Shown here piece after piece: positions 26,495 to 32,000 of a stretch of 32,000 nucleotides of DNA. The stretch comes from Candidatus Heimdallarchaeota archaeon B3_Heim (GTDB lineage Archaea; Asgardarchaeota; Heimdallarchaeia; Hodarchaeales; Hodarchaeaceae). The notes below the pieces were generated by a model, which was not told where the DNA came from, searched no databases, and saw only the letters and a list, made by a program, of their open reading frames with translations. The stretch lies in assembly GCA_003144275.1 (NCBI GenBank), contig NJBF01000028.1, forward strand, positions 1-32,000, written 5' to 3'. Position 1 is the first letter of the stretch. Every line of letters begins with the position of its first letter. The translations under genes were made by a program, and so were the position numbers.

Positions 26495-27307
26495 TTAATC
26501 CTTCTCAATATTACCGAGGTAGGCATCTAGTACTTTGGGATCGTCTTGAATTTCAGATGGAGACCCATGAGCAATTATCTCACCTTTACTCAAAACGAAA
26601 ATTTCGTCACTTGAGTTCATTATAACATCCATATTGTGTTCAACAATAAAGAAAGTTGTATCATCTTTACGAATTTCATCAATTTTTTCAAAAATTTGAT
26701 TACTCAGGGTGGGATTCACTCCAGCTACTGGTTCATCTAGTAGGATAACCTTCCCAACAGTCATTAATGCACGTCCCAAAGCAAGTAATTTCCTTTGACC
26801 CCCACTGAGAACTTCTGCTTTCTCAAGAGCCAGATGATCTATTTCTAAATATCGTAAAATTTCTAATGCTGACTCAGCAAACTGTTTCTCACTTGCTTCC
26901 CACGTAAATCTTTTAAAAAGTCTTTTAATGAGATCTATTAGGACAACACTCAAATTTTCTCCTGGATGTGATTGAGCTCCTAATAACATATTTTCTAAAA
27001 CGGTTAGCATCGGAAAAATCTGAGTGATTTGGAAAGTGCGAACTAAACCCTCACGAACCAACTCATGTGTTTTTTTATGGTTAGTTGTCTTCCCATTTAA
27101 GTATATTTGGCCTGAATCACCTTCATCCTGCGGAATGATGCCTGTAATCACGTTAAATAACGTACTCTTACCTGATCCATTTGGTCCTATTAATCCGACT
27201 ATCTTTTGCTTTTTTAGCTTAACATTAACATTTCTTAATGCCTGTAATCCGCTAAAATTCTTATTTACGTCTTGTGCTTCCAATACGTTGATTTTTAACA
27301 CCTTCAT
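26495..27307 (-). CDS. livG: Branched-chain amino acid-type ABC transporter ATPase (start reassigned to ATG 27307)
   Basis: GPNGSGKST, RTFQ, LSGGQRKLL, LDEPVAGVNP, VEHNM and DPKVLDAYLG. The longer ORF start overlaps livM. Confidence 0.9.
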   Translation of the reverse strand: MKVLKINVLEAQDVNKNFSGLQALRNVNVKLKKQKIVGLIGPNGSGKSTLFNVITGIIPQDEGDSGQIYLNGKTTNHKKTHELVREGLVRTFQITQIFPMLTVLENMLLGAQSHPGENLSVVLIDLIKRLFKRFTWEASEKQFAESALEILRYLEIDHLALEKAEVLSGGQRKLLALGRALMTVGKVILLDEPVAGVNPTLSNQIFEKIDEIRKDDTTFFIVEHNMDVIMNSSDEIFVLSKGEIIAHGSPSEIQDDPKVLDAYLGNIEKD

Positions 27308-27317
27308 ATCAGATTTG

Positions 27318-28619
27318 TTATTGATTATCGTCTTTTTCAGAAGATAAGTTCTTCTCTTTCGAATCCTCCAATAGTGCAATATCTGCAACAGTTTTGATCG
27401 GACGTTCAGGAAATACCCCCTTTGGCCTATATATCAAAAATAATATCAATAATATTCCAAAGACAAATTGAGGATAATATTCAGGAGGATTTATTATTAT
27501 TAAACTCTGAAAAAATGAAATAGGGTCTAAAGATGCAATGAATTCCCCTACAAACGGAATTAAGGAGAATATTTGCCGGTACAAATCGCTAATAGGATTT
27601 AAATACTTCGTGAATTGACCTACGAAGGTAGGTATATCCGAAGTCAATACTCGAGCTAAGTATTCGATACCCCATATAAAAAGACTTCCAAAGATTACTC
27701 CTCGATTATTACCTAAACCCCCAATGATTATGACTATCCACAGGAAAAAAGTATAATATGGAGGGAATCCACCTGGAGAGAAAGCAACAATATAAAGTGC
27801 CCAAACGCCCCCCGCGAGACCGGCAAGGACGCTACTCAATACAAACGCTTTTATTCGATATGAAACGATGTTTTTGCCTAAACTTTCCGCAGCCAACTCG
27901 TTATCTCGAATAGATTTTAATACACGACCAAATGGTGAATTATACAAAACCTCTAGGAACAAATAAACTAGGAGGAAGATAACCGTAATTACAATAAGAA
28001 ACATGAGATCAGCAACATGAGAAGCAAGAATTACTATATCACCAATAACCAGATCCGTAGTTATAGAAGATCGAAAGATATTTTCTATCGTTAGACCTAA
28101 TACCCCTCCTGATGTTTGTCTGTTCTGTGGCCATGCAATCCAGGTTTCTGCTCTCAAAACTGTTCGTAATGTTTCACCAACAGCAATAGTAACTATCGCT
28201 AAATAGTCTTCCCGAAGTTTAAGTGTGGGAATCGCTAATAAATAGCCAAAGAAGCCTGTTACAAGCATTCCAATAGGTATTGCGATAAAAATAGGATACC
28301 TAAACAAAAAAGCAAGACCAGTAGCATAACAACCTATCATAAAAAAGCCAATTTTTCCAAAATTAGAAATTCCAGTTACTCCTACTTCGAGATTCAGTGA
28401 AAGAGCCGCGATCCCAAAAATTCCTGCATAAGAAAACAAGGGGAGAGTAACATCAAGAGGCTTTGGAACAACCGTATCTAATATTGGAATATAAAGGTCA
28501 ATGTCAAAAGGAATGGCATCGAATGATAAAAATACTGTTAGTAAGATGAAAGAGCTAATCCAGGCAATCAGAATCAAAAGGATTTTATGCCCTTTGAAAA
28601 ATATGTTGACTTTTTGCAT
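27318..28619 (-). CDS. livM: Branched-chain amino acid-type ABC permease
   Basis: LNLEVGVTGISNFG, LKLREDYLAIVT, SPFGRVLKSIRDNELAAESLG and IIGGLGN. Confidence 0.9.
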   Translation of the reverse strand: MQKVNIFFKGHKILLILIAWISSFILLTVFLSFDAIPFDIDLYIPILDTVVPKPLDVTLPLFSYAGIFGIAALSLNLEVGVTGISNFGKIGFFMIGCYATGLAFLFRYPIFIAIPIGMLVTGFFGYLLAIPTLKLREDYLAIVTIAVGETLRTVLRAETWIAWPQNRQTSGGVLGLTIENIFRSSITTDLVIGDIVILASHVADLMFLIVITVIFLLVYLFLEVLYNSPFGRVLKSIRDNELAAESLGKNIVSYRIKAFVLSSVLAGLAGGVWALYIVAFSPGGFPPYYTFFLWIVIIIGGLGNNRGVIFGSLFIWGIEYLARVLTSDIPTFVGQFTKYLNPISDLYRQIFSLIPFVGEFIASLDPISFFQSLIIINPPEYYPQFVFGILLILFLIYRPKGVFPERPIKTVADIALLEDSKEKNLSSEKDDNQ

Positions 28620-28631
28620 GTTTATTTCCTC

Positions 28632-31001
28632 CTATCGATCCTTGGCCAAATCTTCTCCAAAAATTCCTGTGGGTTTTATTAATAATACACAGATTAAAAT
28701 AATGAATCCTATAGCATTTTGATATAGCTCACCCGCCAAACTAGGTTCAATTTTAAAAGTTTGAATAGATAAATCACCAAGAATTATAGGAATCTCCATT
28801 CTCAACTGTTCAAAAGTTGTATCTCGCAAGCTTGAGATTAAAAATGCACCAAAACTTTCAGCGAATCCAATGATATACGCTGCGACAATGGCACCACGAT
28901 AACTCCCAATGCCACCTAAAATAACGACCGCAAATATGGGAAGTAGGAGTAAAAAACCTTTATCTGGATAAAATGGTGTGTTTGCTAAGAATCGTAAGAC
29001 CCCTCCCATCCCTGCAAAACCGGCACCTAAAATCCAGACGATTGCAACTACGTACCCCTTTGAAATCCCAGACGTTTGAGCTAAATTGGGATTATCGGCC
29101 ATAGCACGTATAGCTTTTCCAAGTTTTGTACGTGTGATTAATAGATCTAGGAAAATTACAAATACTAGTCCCAAAACAATGATAACCACATGGAGATCGT
29201 ACAATCTCGGTTGACCAACGATTTGCAAAGATTTCGATAAGTTTGTATATGTATCTGTTAATATCACACGTATTACAAATGATACACCAATGCTGGCAAT
29301 CATTAGCGTACTTGGTGCTGCTTTCCTAGCTCGCAAAGGTCGAAAAACGATGAAATCAACAATTAAAGCTAAAATAGCACTTGCTATGAAGGCTGTGATC
29401 AAAATAATCCCCAATAGAGGTAGAAAAGGGATAATTACTAGATTAATACCTAATGCTTTACTTATAAAACCTTCAAGAATTGTAATTAGTCCAGAGATCA
29501 ATGGTTCTAAGCCAGAAAATATATTAACAAATATTTCATTTGACAAGAAACCTTCTAATAATGCAATAAAAGGTGGTAAGCTAAATACAACAATGTAAGG
29601 GCCATAAACAACAAATTCGCCATGACTAAAGTTAGCAAAACCCAAACTTTTATACGTTAATGAGAGTCCTACCCCAAGAAGTACGTAAATGCTTCCAATA
29701 AAAGCTGAACTTCTCAATGTAATTATTAATATATCGATACCAACTTCACCAAATCCACCATATTCGAAGAAAAGCAAATATGATCGGAGAAATAATATTA
29801 GCATTAATGGGAAGGCAAAAACGGCGAATTTCCATAGTGCAAACTCTTTTATTTTTTGGAGGAAATTATAGATACTAATTTTTCGAATAGACCATATAAG
29901 GATCAAAGGCCCTGATAGGAGTTCGAGAAAGATCCGAATATTGAGATTAGATATTGTTGGAAATGAAAAATCCAATCCACCAAATGAAATAGATTGCCAA
30001 GTAATCGATACTTTGGATGCTAAGAATTCTAATGGGATTATCAGAGTTAATCCTATACCAATAAGGAATATTAAAGTAACAACGATTTGAGGGAGATTAT
30101 ACTCTTCAAGAAATGGCGCCTTTTGAGTTAAAATTCGTGAAAATCTGTCTTTCAAATTTTTACGCCAGACAAACAGGAGATAAACCAGTCCGAAAACTAG
30201 AAAAAAGACGGTAAAAGGAGTACCCAAAATTCCGAATATAGGAACGTTAAATACTGAGCTGATGAAACCCAGACTCCCAATGAGTAGGAAAATAATGCTC
30301 CAACTAGTTGATAATATCATTGATAGTCGGTGGAGATCAACTTCAGGTTTAATTTGAGATAAAGACCTTATCACGAATAGAGATCCGAAGAATATTTCTA
30401 GAAAAGCGATTGAGACTTCGTGCCAAAATAGTTCGAATGGTACCAATACTAGCAACCCTATTCCAGGGATGAGTACAATTAAATTTCTAGTCCTTCGTGA
30501 AAGTAATGATATTAATGAATTGGTTTTGCGTGATAAAGTTAAGTATATGCTTGGGAGATCTTCTCGCCAGACATAAAGAAGGAAAACAAAACCATAAACA
30601 AATGTGAAATAAGTTATCAAATTATCAGAGATACCGAATAGAGATATCCCAAGAACAGAGCTGAAAACCCCGATACTCCCAAATATTATGAATATAACGC
30701 TCCAAATGACGGTTAGAAGTTTTATTATAGTATTAGTCAAGTAGTAAGGTTTAATTTTCTGGATTGCCCACAAGGCAATATAGGGACCAAATAACAGCTC
30801 AAAAATTAGACGTAAATTGAAATTCTTAATTACAGGATAAGGAAAATTAATATTACCAAGTAGTGTGTGGCTCCAAGTAACAGTGATTCCTGAGGTAATC
30901 AAGTCAAAAGGAATTGCTAAGATAACTATGCATCCAAGAAACAATACGAAAAAACGTACTATTAACGATTCTGAAGGTGAGGTTAACGTATTTGAAGACA
31001 T
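28632..31001 (-). CDS. livH: Branched-chain amino acid-type ABC permease with a ~420-aa internally repeated N-terminal membrane extension
   Basis: The core has GLSLTYKSLGFANFSHGE, TKLGKAIRAMADNPNLAQTSGI and VILGGIGS. The extension contains about 2.5 copies of a hydrophobic module. Confidence 0.85.
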   Translation of the reverse strand: MSSNTLTSPSESLIVRFFVLFLGCIVILAIPFDLITSGITVTWSHTLLGNINFPYPVIKNFNLRLIFELLFGPYIALWAIQKIKPYYLTNTIIKLLTVIWSVIFIIFGSIGVFSSVLGISLFGISDNLITYFTFVYGFVFLLYVWREDLPSIYLTLSRKTNSLISLLSRRTRNLIVLIPGIGLLVLVPFELFWHEVSIAFLEIFFGSLFVIRSLSQIKPEVDLHRLSMILSTSWSIIFLLIGSLGFISSVFNVPIFGILGTPFTVFFLVFGLVYLLFVWRKNLKDRFSRILTQKAPFLEEYNLPQIVVTLIFLIGIGLTLIIPLEFLASKVSITWQSISFGGLDFSFPTISNLNIRIFLELLSGPLILIWSIRKISIYNFLQKIKEFALWKFAVFAFPLMLILFLRSYLLFFEYGGFGEVGIDILIITLRSSAFIGSIYVLLGVGLSLTYKSLGFANFSHGEFVVYGPYIVVFSLPPFIALLEGFLSNEIFVNIFSGLEPLISGLITILEGFISKALGINLVIIPFLPLLGIILITAFIASAILALIVDFIVFRPLRARKAAPSTLMIASIGVSFVIRVILTDTYTNLSKSLQIVGQPRLYDLHVVIIVLGLVFVIFLDLLITRTKLGKAIRAMADNPNLAQTSGISKGYVVAIVWILGAGFAGMGGVLRFLANTPFYPDKGFLLLLPIFAVVILGGIGSYRGAIVAAYIIGFAESFGAFLISSLRDTTFEQLRMEIPIILGDLSIQTFKIEPSLAGELYQNAIGFIILICVLLIKPTGIFGEDLAKDR

Positions 31002-31110
31002 TGTTATATCACAACAGTGTTAAAACTCATACCCTGAGTTCTATTCGCTATAATAAACTTCCTAAATAGGTACAATAAAAGATTTTTTGATTAAAAAAAA
31101 AAAAGAAGGA

Positions 31111-32000
31111 TTACTTCTTAGTACGTTTCTTATAGAAGAGGAGGATTGCCACTCCGGCTAGACCGAATAAGATGGAAAATCCAGGTGCGGTGGTTTTCAA
31201 TTCGAAGTCCTCTGGATCGACAAAATTGCTGAATAATTCAACACCATCAGCAGACGACCAACTACCAACCGCTTTTACTGTACCATCTTGGAATTGCCAA
31301 ACGTCATATGTTGACTGGGTAACATCTCCAAGGCTAGAGAATGTTTTATTCCCTGTAGCTCCTATGTAACCTTTTCCTACTGCAGCGATTTCAGCATTAA
31401 CTAATTCACCATCATAGGCTCCAGCTTCTTCAATAGCAAGACATCCAACCATCATCGCGTCATATGCGAAATCTGAAAATAAACTGATCTTGCCACCAAA
31501 ATAAGCTAAGCCTGCAGCTTCTAAAGCTTGTAAGCTTGCGTTGAAATCATCAAACTTTCCTTCACCTGTTCCAAAGGAATGAGGTCGTGTCCCTAGAGTA
31601 TATTGAGCATCTTCCACTATGGTAGCTGTTGTTTCACTGGCATTAAGAATTGATGCATCGGCAATACCATCTGTTCCGAAAATGGGTAAATCTATACCTG
31701 CATTACGAACTTCAGTGATGAATGAACCTCCGTCTATAACGTAAGAAATCATTGCTATTGCTTCAGCATTAACTGCTGCTTTAATACTTGATACTGTGAC
31801 TGAAAAATCAGTAGTACCAGGGAAATAGCTAATTTGAGACGAAACATTACTTCCTAATCCACGGAATTCGGTTTTGAGACTATCTCCAAATCCAGTTCCA
31901 TAATCATCACCACGATGTACGATGACAATGTCTGTATAGCCTACTTCGTCTATTAATTCGGCCAATCCTTCAGCTTGTAACGAATCTTTTGGAACTGTTC
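31111..32000 (-). CDS. livK: LivK-like (type I) substrate-binding protein, 5' end outside the window, with a PGF-CTERM-like C-terminal anchor
   Basis: The frame is open to the edge (RTVPKDSLQAEGLA...), with DDYGTG, FAYDAM and GATG motifs. Tail TTAPGFSILFGLAGVAILLFYKKRTKK is PGF + TM helix + basic residues. Confidence 0.88.
   Translation of the reverse strand, partial: TVPKDSLQAEGLAELIDEVGYTDIVIVHRGDDYGTGFGDSLKTEFRGLGSNVSSQISYFPGTTDFSVTVSSIKAAVNAEAIAMISYVIDGGSFITEVRNAGIDLPIFGTDGIADASILNASETTATIVEDAQYTLGTRPHSFGTGEGKFDDFNASLQALEAAGLAYFGGKISLFSDFAYDAMMVGCLAIEEAGAYDGELVNAEIAAVGKGYIGATGNKTFSSLGDVTQSTYDVWQFQDGTVKAVGSWSSADGVELFSNFVDPEDFELKTTAPGFSILFGLAGVAILLFYKKRTKK

Noticed and set aside
867-31369. 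Remaining short antisense or nested ORFs in the track (e.g. 867..1073, 10429..10782, 12340..12705, 23269..23580, 29290..29598)
   Set aside because: They overlap well-supported genes and show no motifs; treated as spurious.
1-32000. CRISPR arrays, tRNA or rRNA genes
   Set aside because: No regularly spaced repeat-spacer units, cloverleaf T-loop signatures or rRNA-like tracts were seen by eye.

Overview
Gene-dense window, AT-rich by eye, most likely archaeal. It encodes an AMP phosphorylase, a small archaeal-type TOPRIM protein and a PGF-CTERM-like sorting tail; an Asgard/Heimdallarchaeia origin is my inference only. Left to right: (1) a radical SAM/SPASM enzyme resembling tyramine-excising spliceases and a methyltransferase-TPR gene, divergent from two tandem paralogous small membrane proteins, one ending in PPVKYGVYSYD; (2) a compositionally distinct HerA/VirB4-like ATPase and an IS4-family element; (3) an amidohydrolase, a 1003-aa GCS2-type carboxylate-amine ligase and a Cdc48-N-domain/VWA fusion; (4) AMP phosphorylase, TOPRIM, an orphan Dam-like methylase and a frameshifted zinc-ribbon gene; (5) a structured non-coding region ahead of two non-homologous threonine dehydrogenases; (6) a decayed GPH/MFS transporter split by a 468-bp IS607-like non-autonomous element that keeps a TnpB omegaRNA-like right end; (7) a methyltransferase, glucan phosphorylase, an HhH protein, bacterial-type PfkA and a livKHMGF-type ABC operon whose LivH carries a repeated membrane extension. 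I saw no tRNA, rRNA or CRISPR array. All family assignments come from motifs recognised by eye; no searches were run.
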